Notes under the pieces: model-generated | The model's input: the letters and a program-made list of their open reading frames with translations, nothing else | What the model was told of the DNA's origin: nothing | Databases searched by the model: none | Made by a program: the position numbers and the translations under genes | Shown: piece by piece, positions 18,445 through 29,040 of the stretch | Numbering within the stretch: position 1 is the stretch's first letter | How the letters are laid out: the number at the start of each line of letters is the position of its first letter | DNA from: Candidatus Latescibacterota bacterium | GTDB taxonomy: Bacteria > Latescibacterota > UBA2968 > GCA-2709665 | DNA length: 64,000 bases | NCBI GenBank assembly: GCA_965237675.1 | Contig: OZ250150.1 | Coordinates: forward strand, 4,512,001 to 4,576,000 | Reading direction: 5' to 3'

Positions 18445-19293
18445 TCAGGGCGCGACGGCCGCGTCTCCCGCGTGTTCCCGAATCCAGCCTTTGAGCGGCA
18501 CGTCTTCATCGGTGGGCGACGTGTAACCCAGACCTCCCGTGCTTTCGCCCAGCAACTGCCGCTGAACGGGATCGCATCTGTCCATGTAGTGGTCCACGCT
18601 CATATTGTCCCTGGGCCTGAGCCAGCGGTAACTGTACCCATAGAACAATACCATTCGCGTCACGTCTGAATGGTTTCTACCTGCGGCATGCCAGATGCGG
18701 CGATCGAAAAATACGGCCGCGCCGGCCGGCGCCTGCACCGGCGTTGCGCCGGGAGGGTCTGACACGCCGTCTTCCGGAAAATCCAACCGATTTTGGAGGT
18801 GGCTGCCGGGGACGACGTGAAAATTCCCGCGGTCCGGCTCCGTCGTATCGGTCAGGAAATAACCGACCTTGAGGGAAACCCGCGGCCGGGGTGTGGCGTC
18901 CAGTTCAACATTGAGGCGCCCGCTGTCCTGGTGCCAGCCAAGGCGCCCCGATTCAGCCCGTTTATCCGGCGGGTCCGGGGGTGTGACAATCAGATGGGAA
19001 TGGTATAGCTGGATATTCCACCCGAGAATACCCCACACCTTGGGGAACGTGACCGGCCAATCCAGCAATGTTAAAAACTCATCGTCAGCTCCCAAAAAGT
19101 CCAACAGATTCATCCGGTCGTGAATCCCCAGATCATGCTCGGTAAGATATACTTCGTATAACCCGTCGACGACGTCGCTCAACGCGGAGACCCGTTCGGG
19201 GGGAATCGCGTCTTGAACGATAAAATACCCGTCGCGCTCGAACTTCGATCGTTCTTCACGGGTCACACAATAATCCAGACATTCGGCATCCAT
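18445..19293 (-). CDS. PhyH family dioxygenase
   Basis: FERDGY, GWHQD, VVPGSH, AG..VFFDRRIWHA..N. Confidence 0.9.
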   Translation of the reverse strand: MDAECLDYCVTREERSKFERDGYFIVQDAIPPERVSALSDVVDGLYEVYLTEHDLGIHDRMNLLDFLGADDEFLTLLDWPVTFPKVWGILGWNIQLYHSHLIVTPPDPPDKRAESGRLGWHQDSGRLNVELDATPRPRVSLKVGYFLTDTTEPDRGNFHVVPGSHLQNRLDFPEDGVSDPPGATPVQAPAGAAVFFDRRIWHAAGRNHSDVTRMVLFYGYSYRWLRPRDNMSVDHYMDRCDPVQRQLLGESTGGLGYTSPTDEDVPLKGWIREHAGDAAVAP

Positions 19294-19365
19294 CGGCTTT
19301 CCTCCTGAACGACTCGGGACACCCCGTTACTCGCCAACCCTATTTACTCGAGGCTCCCGCATCCG

Positions 19366-20631
19366 TTATAGCGTCGACCCCAGGCCCACGGCGCCGGGGT
19401 TGTCTATTCGATGCAGCCCATCCGCAGGCTCGAAGATTCCCGCCAGGCGCGGCAGCCACTCCTTGTTGGCGGCGGGGGTGTACTGCGGAGAATTGATCTC
19501 CACGCCATTGATCGTAGGCACATGCGCCGCAAACAGCGCCGCGTGAATTGCCGAGAGCCCGGGATTCGTCAAATCCTGAAGCGCAAGCAGCATCCCGTTT
19601 TCTCGGGCCCACGCGGCGGCCAGCAGCGCGAAGCTGTGGCCCTTGCAGGTTTTCAGAGCCAGCCCGCTCCATCCCTGTCTCTTCGCTTCCGCGACCAACT
19701 CCAGACTGGTCAGACCCTCATCCAGAAACACCGGCTTGAGCCTTGTCACGGCCCGCCAGTCCTGTGGATGCAACAGGATATCCCGGCCGGTCGGCTGTTC
19801 CAGGTACTTCAACGCCCCGAAAGCCCCGCTATCCGCGGCCCTGAGGCGTTCCAGGTAGTCCAGCACGCTCTCCGAGTCCGGATTGGCTTCATTGCTGTCC
19901 GCCGTCAACACCGGATCGGCCACGCCGTGCCGACGCACGGCACGGTACACTTCAACGGTCCTCGCCACATCGGCGGAATTATCCCGCCCCAGAATCTTCA
20001 ATTTGAAACAGCGGTACCCGCGTTCACTTATGTTGCGCGCGAGATTCGCCTCAAGGTCATCGGTACTGCCCACCACCCACCACGCGGCGAGACCCGACCT
20101 GGGCGTTTGCAACAGCCGCTGAATCGCCGTGCACGCGCTACCGCCCGAAAAGAGACCGTCGACGTCCGGAAGCGGCGTGGGTACGGAATAAAGGCCGAAC
20201 GCGGAACGTCTCAGCGCTATGCCGACGCCATCGTGGATGGCCGCGTCGAATGGACTGGCGCACATCGCCCGGGCGAGGATCGGAGGCGTTGTTTCGCGGC
20301 ATGCCGACTCGTGCAGCCGCATCCCCAGAAGCAGCGGATGCGCGGGCTCCCCGCCGCAGTGCACGTACAGTTCTTCGGCGAGGTCCTCACAGAAACCGCG
20401 CAGGGTTGCGTCTCTAAAATCGTGCGTCAGCGCGGGATCCGGCCATGCCCACACGTCGCTTAGATAGATCGAGCCCCTTCCCTTAGCTTCACGCCCGGCC
20501 ACGCGAACCGTCACGGCCGCGCGGGCCTCCGTAACCTCCGAAATCAACCCGGAACTCAAGTGGAGCGGCGTTTTCAGCTTGCGGGGAATAAACGCAACAG
20601 CCGCGTCCAGGACTTCGGTTTTCAAATCCAT
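19366..20631 (-). CDS. Enolase superfamily (mandelate racemase/MLE-like) enzyme
   Basis: SPFDAAIHD, FKLK (KxK), DSNE, LEQP, LDEG, ALKTCKG, QDLTN. Confidence 0.85.
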   Translation of the reverse strand: MDLKTEVLDAAVAFIPRKLKTPLHLSSGLISEVTEARAAVTVRVAGREAKGRGSIYLSDVWAWPDPALTHDFRDATLRGFCEDLAEELYVHCGGEPAHPLLLGMRLHESACRETTPPILARAMCASPFDAAIHDGVGIALRRSAFGLYSVPTPLPDVDGLFSGGSACTAIQRLLQTPRSGLAAWWVVGSTDDLEANLARNISERGYRCFKLKILGRDNSADVARTVEVYRAVRRHGVADPVLTADSNEANPDSESVLDYLERLRAADSGAFGALKYLEQPTGRDILLHPQDWRAVTRLKPVFLDEGLTSLELVAEAKRQGWSGLALKTCKGHSFALLAAAWARENGMLLALQDLTNPGLSAIHAALFAAHVPTINGVEINSPQYTPAANKEWLPRLAGIFEPADGLHRIDNPGAVGLGSTL

Positions 20632-20662
20632 AGGGAACCGGGGCGTTCGCAGGCGTGGAATC

Positions 20663-21655
20663 TCATTCGAATTCCGAGACCAGCACGGCTTCATTCCGCT
20701 CCGCGCTCTGCTTGGCCGCCTCGATTACGGCCATCGTATGGCGCACGGACCGGCCGCTTGCATCCGGTGTTTTGCTTTCCAGGCAGCAATCTGCAAACTC
20801 GCGAATCTGATTGCGCATCCCGTCGCCCGGACTTCCGATCTCCACCTCCTGGCCGTTGAGCAACAACCGTTGATGGTTGAACATCATGGATCCACGGCTG
20901 CCCATAATATACTGGTCGTGCATCCCGGAATGGCAGACTACGGACTGAGACAACACACTGACCGCGCCGTTGGCATGGTTCATGACTGCCGTATAGGAAT
21001 CCTTCTGTCCGCTGTAGAGTTCCGTACTCTCGGTTCCCTGCGCAAACACCCTTACAACCGGCGAATCCATATACCAGTGCAGGATATCGTATTCGTGCGG
21101 ACCGAAGCAATACAACACACAGATGCCCCCGACCTCGAGATCCAGGTACCAGTGGGAATAGTGCCCCTCGGGGGCCTTGGGATTGAAAAATCCCAACCTC
21201 CGCCTGAGCAGGTGACCCACCTGGCCGATCACGCCATCGGCAATGAGCTGTTTTACCCTGCGGCTCATCGGATAGTAGCGCATCACCTGGCCGACCATTA
21301 GGACGCGATTCGCCTTTTCACACGCCGCGATCATCCGGTCGCACTCGTCGAGCGTCAGCGCCATCGGCTTCTCCACCAGGACGTGTTTACCGGCTTCCGC
21401 GGCTGCCACCACCTGTGCCCCGTGCTGGTTGTGGGGCGTGCACACATGGACCGCCTCAACCTGCGGGTCGTTCAGCATCGCCTCGAAGTCGGTATACGCC
21501 CTGGCGCCGAAATCCGACGCGGCCGCTTCTGCCGGCTCCGCGTATATGTCCATCACAGCCGCCGTTCTTATATTCTCGGTTTCCGCTATCGCGCGCATGT
21601 GAGACCGCGCGATACCGCCGGCGCCGACCATACCTACGGATAACACATCGCCCAT
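20663..21655 (-). CDS. Gfo/Idh/MocA family oxidoreductase
   Basis: GMVGAGGIA, VCTPHNQH, AGKHVLVEKPMA. Confidence 0.92.
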   Translation of the reverse strand: MGDVLSVGMVGAGGIARSHMRAIAETENIRTAAVMDIYAEPAEAAASDFGARAYTDFEAMLNDPQVEAVHVCTPHNQHGAQVVAAAEAGKHVLVEKPMALTLDECDRMIAACEKANRVLMVGQVMRYYPMSRRVKQLIADGVIGQVGHLLRRRLGFFNPKAPEGHYSHWYLDLEVGGICVLYCFGPHEYDILHWYMDSPVVRVFAQGTESTELYSGQKDSYTAVMNHANGAVSVLSQSVVCHSGMHDQYIMGSRGSMMFNHQRLLLNGQEVEIGSPGDGMRNQIREFADCCLESKTPDASGRSVRHTMAVIEAAKQSAERNEAVLVSEFE

Positions 21656-21810
21656 ATTATTCCTCCCCAAGAGCCGGAATAGGGTTCTGCAGTCCTAAGA
21701 CCCGACGAAGAACCGGGAATTTCCCGGTGGGACCCGCGCACGGCCGTCGAATAGTCATTGAGAAACCGGGGTCCGGCGCGGCGGGCCGACGGTGGAGCCG
21801 GAACCGCCCT

Positions 21811-22668
21811 TCAGAGGATCATCTTCTTCTCGGCCGGTTCCAGGTTATCGTAATTCCAGAGTTGCCTGCCCGCAACGACTTTCTTCAGGTTCCCGACACC
21901 TTCGGGGGCCTCGAGACCGTACAGTTCCAACTTGCGATCCAGCCAGGCGACCTCGAGGTCCGTCAATTCCGCACGCACGGCGTCCACACCCAGCGACGCG
22001 ATCCGCCCACCCACGTAGATCGTTCCGTCGTACATCGAATCTCCGAGATTCTCGTCCGCATCTCCCAGAACGATCATCCGCCCGCGCTGCATCATGAATC
22101 CGGATAGCATCCCGGTTCGCCCCGCCACCAGGATCGTCCCGCCCTTCATATTGATGCCGGTCCGCCCTCCGACGTCTCCTTTGCACACGAGGTCGCCACC
22201 CCGCAGCGCGGCGCCAAACGACGACCCGGCGTTCTTCTCCACAACCACGGTGCCCGCCATCATATTTTCCGCGCACGACCAGCCCACACGCCCTTTGATC
22301 CTCACGTTCGGCCCGTCGATAAGCCCTACCGCAAAATAGCCGATCGACCCTTCGAAGTCCAACCTCAACCGATTCAGAATGCCGGCGCCAAGGGAGTGTT
22401 TGGCGTTCGGATTCCGTACCACGATGTGGCCGTAACCCTCTCCCATCAACGCCCGGATCTTTCGGTTTATCTCCTGAATCGACATCGGCGCCGAGTCGAA
22501 TGCGGCCTGCCTGCCGACATCCACACAATAACTCCCCGGGTACACCAGGCCCTCCCCGGCTTCGGCCCGAAAAAAAACCCGATTCGTCCGCTGTGCGAGC
22601 GGCTCATTGTGCAATCCCATCCGGTGGGACCGGTGGCCCTTATCTCGATCAGCCTCTAATTTCGCCAT
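21811..22668 (-). CDS. GXGXG (GltB domain 3) protein, MgsB-like second copy with N-terminal extension
   Basis: INRKIR, NPNAKHSLG, GSIGYF, GWSCAENM, G.N.KGG, GFMMQRG, GDSMY, QLWNY. Confidence 0.85.
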   Translation of the reverse strand: MAKLEADRDKGHRSHRMGLHNEPLAQRTNRVFFRAEAGEGLVYPGSYCVDVGRQAAFDSAPMSIQEINRKIRALMGEGYGHIVVRNPNAKHSLGAGILNRLRLDFEGSIGYFAVGLIDGPNVRIKGRVGWSCAENMMAGTVVVEKNAGSSFGAALRGGDLVCKGDVGGRTGINMKGGTILVAGRTGMLSGFMMQRGRMIVLGDADENLGDSMYDGTIYVGGRIASLGVDAVRAELTDLEVAWLDRKLELYGLEAPEGVGNLKKVVAGRQLWNYDNLEPAEKKMIL

Positions 22669-23591
22669 ACCCGCACTTCTCCCGCATAGGGATCCACGGT
22701 CTCGATTTCCTGGGGCAATACCGTCCGGATCGCCACTTCCTCAGAGGCAAGCAGGGTCTCGTCTTCGCCCTCGTAGAGCACCATGGGCTTGGCCGCCATA
22801 TTGTCCTTTGCCAGGCCGAGGCTGTCCGCCGTCGCGACCAGATAGGTAAATACGCCATCCAGTTCCCGTACGGAACGCACCATCGCTTCTTCCAGCGAAA
22901 AGGATCGATCCAGGCTGGCCGCAATATAGACCGCGATCAGTTCCGAATCACAATCCGAAACAAAGCGATGGCCGCGGCGCTCCAGGTCGCGACGCTTGGA
23001 CCAGTAATTGGTCAACTGCCCGTTATGCACCACGGAGATATCGCCAAACGGATACGCCCAGTAAGGGTGCGCGGAACGAATGTCCACGTCGGACTCGGTG
23101 GCCATGCGAACGTGCCCGATCGCGTGGGTGCCCACAAACGAACCCATGCCGTACTGCGCGCTCACCTCGATAGCATCGCCCAAATCCTTCACGAGTTCCA
23201 GCGCGCTCCCGATGGACAGGATTTCGACGCCCTCGACGTCTTCAATGAAATCCGCGAAGCGGCGCAGATCGCCGTCGTATCTGACACGATAGAGAAACGC
23301 GTACTCCGTCGGCTGTTCCGCTGCCAGGATTTCACCACCCAGCGACCCGATCCGCGCGTCCACCTCCGCCCTGCGCTGCGCGATCTGATCCTGGATTTCA
23401 AACCCGGACCCCAGGTCCTCCTTCTCGGCCGCATTGAAACGCATCGCCAGAACGCCGTCGGCCGGCGCGCCGTATAACGCGAAACCCGTGGAATCCGGAC
23501 CCCGGTGCTTCATCGCCTGAAGCATCATCGTCATCTCGTTCCCGATCCGACCCGTCTTGTTTCGGTGGATAATCCCCGCGATACCGCACAT
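22656..23591 (-). CDS. Class II glutamine amidotransferase, MgsA-like second copy
   Basis: MCGIAG, HRGPDSTG, GHVRMATES, AHP, VHNGQLTNY, CDSE. Confidence 0.88.
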   Translation of the reverse strand: MCGIAGIIHRNKTGRIGNEMTMMLQAMKHRGPDSTGFALYGAPADGVLAMRFNAAEKEDLGSGFEIQDQIAQRRAEVDARIGSLGGEILAAEQPTEYAFLYRVRYDGDLRRFADFIEDVEGVEILSIGSALELVKDLGDAIEVSAQYGMGSFVGTHAIGHVRMATESDVDIRSAHPYWAYPFGDISVVHNGQLTNYWSKRRDLERRGHRFVSDCDSELIAVYIAASLDRSFSLEEAMVRSVRELDGVFTYLVATADSLGLAKDNMAAKPMVLYEGEDETLLASEEVAIRTVLPQEIETVDPYAGEVRVWRN

Positions 23592-23610
23592 ACGCGCCTC
23601 GCTCCTATCA

Positions 23611-25092
23611 CTATGGCAGACAATCCCAGTAGGTCTCCAGATCCCAGTCCGTCACCGTTGCCAGAAACCGCTCCCACTCGTCCGTCTTGTAATGCGCGTA
23701 AACGTCGTACATCTCGCCCGGAAGCGAAGACCGGATCACCGCGTCGTGCTCCAGCTTTTCCAGGGCATCCCCCAGCGTGGCAGGCAGCCTGGCCACCTCT
23801 TTTCCCTCTTCAATCGCCTCGTAAATGTTGCGATGCTCCGGCTCGCCGGGATCCAGATCGCGCCGAATTCCGTCGTCGAACGACTTCAACAGCGCGCCCG
23901 CCATCAGATAAGGATTCACCATCGCGTCGACAGCCCGATATTCGAACCGGCCCGGGCCGGACACCCGCAACCCGCAGGTGCGGTTCTGATAACCCCAGTC
24001 GGAAAAAACCGGTGCCCAGAACCCCGTCTCCCACAATCGCCGGTAGGAATTCACCGTGGAGCACCCGATGGCGGTCAGCGCGGGCAGATGTTCGATCACC
24101 CCGCCGATGCACTGCAGACCGGTCGGGCCGGGCTCCCGTCTGCCCGGCAGCGGCTCAAACATATTCCGGCCGCCCTCACGGTAGGAGAACACCTGATTCA
24201 TTCCAGGCAGTGTGTCGTTTCCAAGTGGATTCAACACGTCCTCGCCCCCCCGCCACAGCGAAAGATTGTGGTGGCAACCGGAAGCCGATACGCCCATAAA
24301 CGGCTTGCACATGAAACAGGCGATCAGATCCTGCTCCCTTGCCACCTGAGCGCAAATCTGCCGGTATGTCGTCAGCCGGTCGCAGGTGGCAAGCGCGTCG
24401 TCAAATGTAAAGTTCAACTCCAACTGCCCCGGCGCATCCTCGTGGTCCCCCTGAATCATATCCAGCCCCATTGACCGGCCGTATTCGATGACTTTCATCA
24501 CCACGGGGCGCAGGGACTCGAACTGATCGATATGATAACAGTAGGGTTTGCTGAAGCCGTCCGCGGGTTTTCCATCCGGCCCCTTCTTCAGCCACATCAT
24601 CTCCGGCTCGGCGCCGTGGCGCATGTGCAGACCGTCGTGGTCCTGCGTAAACTGCGCGTGGATGCGGCGCAGATTGCCCCGGCAGTCCGACGTCAGGAAT
24701 CCGCCGGGATCTTTCTCTTCGTCTCTGTTCCGAAACAGCGTGCAGAACACCCGTGCCAGCCGTTTGTCCCACGGCAATTGCACGAACGTCTCGGGGTCGG
24801 GAATTCCCACCAGTTCCGACGCCTCCGGGCCGTATCCGATATAGTTGTCGTACCGGTCCATGAACAGGTTGGCCGTTGCCCCGTACACCAGTTGAAACCC
24901 CCGCTCGGCGATGCGTTCCCAGTGGTCCGCCGGAATCCCCTTGCCCACAACCCGGCCCGTCACCGATATGAACTGGTAGTAGATATAGGTAATTCCGAGC
25001 GCGTCGATCATTTCACGCACCTCCCGAACGCGCTCTTCGCGACCCTCCGCGTGGACAAACGCCTCCAGATCCGTTGCGGCATGATTCGACAT
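23611..25092 (-). CDS. gmaS: Glutamine synthetase-like gamma-glutamyl-amine ligase (GmaS-like)
   Basis: GAEPE, HEDAPGQLE, KPF..SASGCH, NSYRRL, NRT..RV, RFEYR..D..NPYL; context within the mgs/sox cluster; substrate not established. Confidence 0.7.
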   Translation of the reverse strand: MSNHAATDLEAFVHAEGREERVREVREMIDALGITYIYYQFISVTGRVVGKGIPADHWERIAERGFQLVYGATANLFMDRYDNYIGYGPEASELVGIPDPETFVQLPWDKRLARVFCTLFRNRDEEKDPGGFLTSDCRGNLRRIHAQFTQDHDGLHMRHGAEPEMMWLKKGPDGKPADGFSKPYCYHIDQFESLRPVVMKVIEYGRSMGLDMIQGDHEDAPGQLELNFTFDDALATCDRLTTYRQICAQVAREQDLIACFMCKPFMGVSASGCHHNLSLWRGGEDVLNPLGNDTLPGMNQVFSYREGGRNMFEPLPGRREPGPTGLQCIGGVIEHLPALTAIGCSTVNSYRRLWETGFWAPVFSDWGYQNRTCGLRVSGPGRFEYRAVDAMVNPYLMAGALLKSFDDGIRRDLDPGEPEHRNIYEAIEEGKEVARLPATLGDALEKLEHDAVIRSSLPGEMYDVYAHYKTDEWERFLATVTDWDLETYWDCLP

Positions 25093-25108
25093 TGACGACC
25101 CTTTCTCT

Positions 25109-25816
25109 CTAAAAATGCGTTGTCTGTCCGCCGATACCTGGAGACTCCAGGACCCGGATGGCGCCCAGGCCGATCGGCGCGATCTGCAAACCGGTTCCGG
25201 CCTCGATGAGAATGTCCCACAGATACGATGCCAGAGACCGCGCTCCGAGAATCGAATAGGCCGGCAAATCAACAGCATCCCGTCGAATCACGAGTTGCGT
25301 CGTCCTGGCGACGCTGGTCTGCTTCCCCGCGCCGTCCGGAAACGCGCCGCCCGTGAAATCCAGCCCGCACACCCTGCTCATCAGCGTGACGGCGGCGGGT
25401 CCCAGAACCCGGATCTCTGCCCACGCATGGGTCATATTCGTCACCGTCACGAACCGACCGGACGCCCGGCCGATCAGTGTCCTGCGAACCGAGATATCCT
25501 TGCCCGGGGGAGTGCTTACGAAAAAACAGTCGCTCCGCAGCCGATACACGCGTTGCGAGTCGACTACCACCCCACCTCCGATATCCACAGTCGCCGGTCC
25601 CCAAATCGCCGCCGCATCCCGGCCCTCCACCCAGAGCTTGCCGTTTGCCGTCTCATCGGCCAGAGCGACGCCCCGTTCCGCGGCGGATGTCTCCGCTTCC
25701 ATCGTCGAATAGACCTCGGGAATCTGCCATCCGGAAGATCTCGCAAACCGGGCCCCAAGATCCTGCGCCGTGGCGTGAAGAGGCGACAATTTCACTGGCG
25801 CGGCCATCACGCTCAC
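25109..25816 (-). CDS. soxG: Sarcosine oxidase / N-methylglutamate dehydrogenase gamma subunit (MgdD-like)
   Basis: GcvT-like fold: LSPLH, VLGP...CGLDF...F..G..QTS, RSLA.YLW..L..AG; 4-bp overlap with the alpha subunit gene. Confidence 0.8.
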   Translation of the reverse strand: MSVMAAPVKLSPLHATAQDLGARFARSSGWQIPEVYSTMEAETSAAERGVALADETANGKLWVEGRDAAAIWGPATVDIGGGVVVDSQRVYRLRSDCFFVSTPPGKDISVRRTLIGRASGRFVTVTNMTHAWAEIRVLGPAAVTLMSRVCGLDFTGGAFPDGAGKQTSVARTTQLVIRRDAVDLPAYSILGARSLASYLWDILIEAGTGLQIAPIGLGAIRVLESPGIGGQTTHF

Positions 25817-28800
25817 ATCTGCAACCTTTCCCCTTTCGGGTCGTAAAAGGGCCCGTGGTGAACGTAAGCGTCTTCAAGTTCGCCATCTCTGCGAATCTGA
25901 AACGGCGTTCCCGCTTCCGCCGCCAGGCACGCGGACAGCCAACACAACCCGATCGTCTCCTCGAGCACCGGACTGAATCGGCAGGATGTCAACCAGCCGA
26001 TGATCTCCTGCTTACCCTTCGCATCGGGACGCACCGCCTGCAGCCCCTCCTCCGGCACCACGTCCCGTCGTGCCATCTTGAACCCGACCAGCCGCTGTTC
26101 GGTCTCCCGATCCGATATCCTGGTCAACATCGGCTTGCCCAGGAAATCCCGCTTGTTGAACTTCACCGCCCACGCCATATTCGCGGAGATGGGGTTCGTC
26201 AACGCGTCGGTGTCTTGCCCCACGATGATGTGCGCCTTCTCCAGCCGGAGCACACGCTGGGCCTCCACGCCGAAGGGCGCGATGCCGAATTCCTCCCCCG
26301 CCGCCATCAATGCCTGCCAGACGTGCATGCCGTATGACGCCGGGCAGTGAATCTCGTAAGAGAGCTCTCCGGTGAATCCGATGCGCAACACCCGGCACAG
26401 CGCACCGGCAACGCGGGTCGACCGCACCCGCATGTAGGGGAATTTCCCGTGACTCAGATCTCGATCCGTGAGGTTCTGCAACACGTCTCTCGACCTGGGC
26501 CCGGCCAGGTTGAACGCCGCGTATGCTTCGGTCAGGTTGGCGACATGCACGCCGTCCCCCCAACCCGACTGCGCCCACCACTGAATCCATTCGAAAACCG
26601 AAGCCGCTCCCGTGGAGGTGGTGCACATATACCATTCGTTTTCCTGTATTCGGGCACACACCCCATCGTCCATCACAACCCCTTCATCGTTGCACATCAC
26701 GCCATAGCGGACGCGGCCGACGCCCAGCTTCCGCCACTGGTTGACGTACAGTTTTTCGAGCAAGTCGGGCACCCCGGGCCCCGTCAACTGAATCTTGCCC
26801 AGCGTGCTCACATCCATGAGCCCCACCCGTTCGCGCACCGCCTTCACTTCAGCGGCGGCATCTCCATAGTCTTCGGGACGCAACCAGAGCCCCGCAACCA
26901 TCAACTTAGCACCGTGGTTCAGGTGCCACTGGTGCGCGGGAGACACCTGAACGGGCTCCATGTTCTGACCCGCCAACGCGCCCAGCGTTACGGGCACGAC
27001 AGGCGGCCTTGACGTCGTTTTGCCCGTTTCCTGCACGCGAATTCCGTTCGCCCTGGCACATAGATGCACCGTGTTCATGGAGCACATCCTGCCCTGGCAC
27101 GGGCCCATGGAAATGGTGCTGTAACGCTTCAGCAGTTCGAGACTATCGTACCCTTCGACGATTGCGGTCTGCAAATCCACGTCGGTGACGTCTTCGCAAT
27201 AACACAGAAACCGCTTTTTCTTTCCCGGAACCATCGTTCGAGCCGAGGTTCGCACCGGCTCCTCCGCCTTCTCCGACGCCAGAGCGGAAACAACGGACTC
27301 GCCGGGTACATCCCCGAAGCCCGAGGAAGCCGCTGCGCTTCGTCCCACCATCTGCCCCTCGTTCAGGGCGCATGCGGCCGTATGGGCGCCCGCGGCACGG
27401 CCCGCCACGAACATTCCCTCCGGCGCGCCCGCTGCCTGGGGTTCAGACCGGCGTTCGTCGTATATCGATCCGCCGCCCGCCATATGGAACAGCGCCAGAT
27501 CGGGCGTCCAGCCCACGCTCACGACAATCAGGTCGCAATCGAGGTTTCGCGCCGCGGATCGATCCGCCTCTCCCAGCGGATCGATCCGGGCGACCATGGC
27601 GGCCTGTACCCGCTTTGACCCGACAGCTTCCAGAATCGTGTGTCGGAAAAATGCGGGCACGCCATGGGAGATCAACTCACCAGCGACTGGACTCGGGCAT
27701 GAATGCCGCTCATCCACAACTGCAGCGATGTCAATGTCAGCTTCGGCCAGGTCTGCGGCCACGTCCCATCCGTCGTCATTCGCCGTTACTACCAGCGCCC
27801 TTTCGCCCGGCTTAACCCCGTACAAATGAATCAGCCGCTGCGCCGCGCTGCCCAGCATCACCCCAGGCAGGTCGTTGTGGTCGAACAACAGCGGGTTTTC
27901 GATTACGCCGGCTGCAATGACCACGGATTTCGCCCGTATTTTGAACAGACGCGAACCCGCCACCGCGGCCAGCCAGTTATCCTGGTACCAGCCCACAACA
28001 GCTGTATTCGTATGGACCGCGATATCCGAACGGCGCGCTACCGAAGCCCGCAACGTCTGAAGTAATCCGGCATGGGAAGGCGAGAAGCGCAGTCGTCCAC
28101 CCAGAGACGGTTCGACGTCGAAGAGCGCGACGCGCGCGCCCTGTTCCGCCGCGGCAACGGCCGCGCCCATCCCCGATGGCCCACCGCCCACCACCGCCAC
28201 GTCGACATGCAGATATTCTTTGTCGTACGAGTCCGGACGCGACGTGAGATCCACTTTACCCAGGCCGGCCGCACGGCGCAGCACGTGTTCGTAAGATGGC
28301 CACAGCGCGGTGGGTCGGATGAACGTCTTATAATAAAAACCGACCGGCATCAACGGCGCGGCCAGTTGGGTAAGTGAAAGAAAATCCCGGTCCAGCGAAG
28401 GCCGGGCGTTCTGCGACCGCACGGCCATACCCGCCTCCACGCGGCGCGTGCAGGACCGGACGTTGGGCTCGTCTCCGATCTGAACCAGGCAGTTCGGACA
28501 TTGACCGGCGCAGCACAACAGACCGCGAGGCCGGTGATACTTGAACGACCGGCTGTAGACCTGGACGCCGGCGGCCGCCAATGCCGACGCGATCGTATCA
28601 CCCGCGTATCCCGCGAAAGCCCGACCGTCGAAGGTAAACGCAACCCGGGCGCCGCGATCGATCACCTCGCCACTTTGCGGCGGGAGCCTGTTCGGACCCG
28701 TAAGGGGGACGGTCCGAGAAATCGATTCAGTCGTCATTGGCGTCCTCCCGCCCGTGTCTGCCTGCCAGACGTACGACTTCACCACCTGCTGCGTTTTGGT

Positions 28801-29013
28801 ATGCCGCTCCACAAGAAACCATAGACCGCACCCCGCCTGGTGATACCACCACGCCTTCTCCACGCCAAGCCTGTTCTCACACAGATAGAGATACGATGAC
28901 CACATGGCGTCGTCGCAGGCCTCCGGATCCTGTGGCCGGGGATTGTATTCACCCCCGAAACGAAATTCGCTCACGTTTCGCTCGCCACAATTCGGACAGG
29001 GTAGAATCAACAT
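25813..29013 (-). CDS. soxA: Fused sarcosine oxidase delta+alpha subunits (MgdB-MgdC-like)
   Basis: N-terminal CPNCGER..EF..GG and WYHQAGC (SoxD) in frame with SoxA motifs GDTIASAL, SRSFKYHRPRG, VVGGGPSG, C.CEDVT, KRY.T..MGPCQG, DVSTLGKI, GFTGELSYE, LRLEKAH. Confidence 0.9.
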   Translation of the reverse strand: MLILPCPNCGERNVSEFRFGGEYNPRPQDPEACDDAMWSSYLYLCENRLGVEKAWWYHQAGCGLWFLVERHTKTQQVVKSYVWQADTGGRTPMTTESISRTVPLTGPNRLPPQSGEVIDRGARVAFTFDGRAFAGYAGDTIASALAAAGVQVYSRSFKYHRPRGLLCCAGQCPNCLVQIGDEPNVRSCTRRVEAGMAVRSQNARPSLDRDFLSLTQLAAPLMPVGFYYKTFIRPTALWPSYEHVLRRAAGLGKVDLTSRPDSYDKEYLHVDVAVVGGGPSGMGAAVAAAEQGARVALFDVEPSLGGRLRFSPSHAGLLQTLRASVARRSDIAVHTNTAVVGWYQDNWLAAVAGSRLFKIRAKSVVIAAGVIENPLLFDHNDLPGVMLGSAAQRLIHLYGVKPGERALVVTANDDGWDVAADLAEADIDIAAVVDERHSCPSPVAGELISHGVPAFFRHTILEAVGSKRVQAAMVARIDPLGEADRSAARNLDCDLIVVSVGWTPDLALFHMAGGGSIYDERRSEPQAAGAPEGMFVAGRAAGAHTAACALNEGQMVGRSAAASSGFGDVPGESVVSALASEKAEEPVRTSARTMVPGKKKRFLCYCEDVTDVDLQTAIVEGYDSLELLKRYSTISMGPCQGRMCSMNTVHLCARANGIRVQETGKTTSRPPVVPVTLGALAGQNMEPVQVSPAHQWHLNHGAKLMVAGLWLRPEDYGDAAAEVKAVRERVGLMDVSTLGKIQLTGPGVPDLLEKLYVNQWRKLGVGRVRYGVMCNDEGVVMDDGVCARIQENEWYMCTTSTGAASVFEWIQWWAQSGWGDGVHVANLTEAYAAFNLAGPRSRDVLQNLTDRDLSHGKFPYMRVRSTRVAGALCRVLRIGFTGELSYEIHCPASYGMHVWQALMAAGEEFGIAPFGVEAQRVLRLEKAHIIVGQDTDALTNPISANMAWAVKFNKRDFLGKPMLTRISDRETEQRLVGFKMARRDVVPEEGLQAVRPDAKGKQEIIGWLTSCRFSPVLEETIGLCWLSACLAAEAGTPFQIRRDGELEDAYVHHGPFYDPKGERLQM

Positions 29014-29040
29014 AAGACGCTCAAATTCCGGGACAGAACA

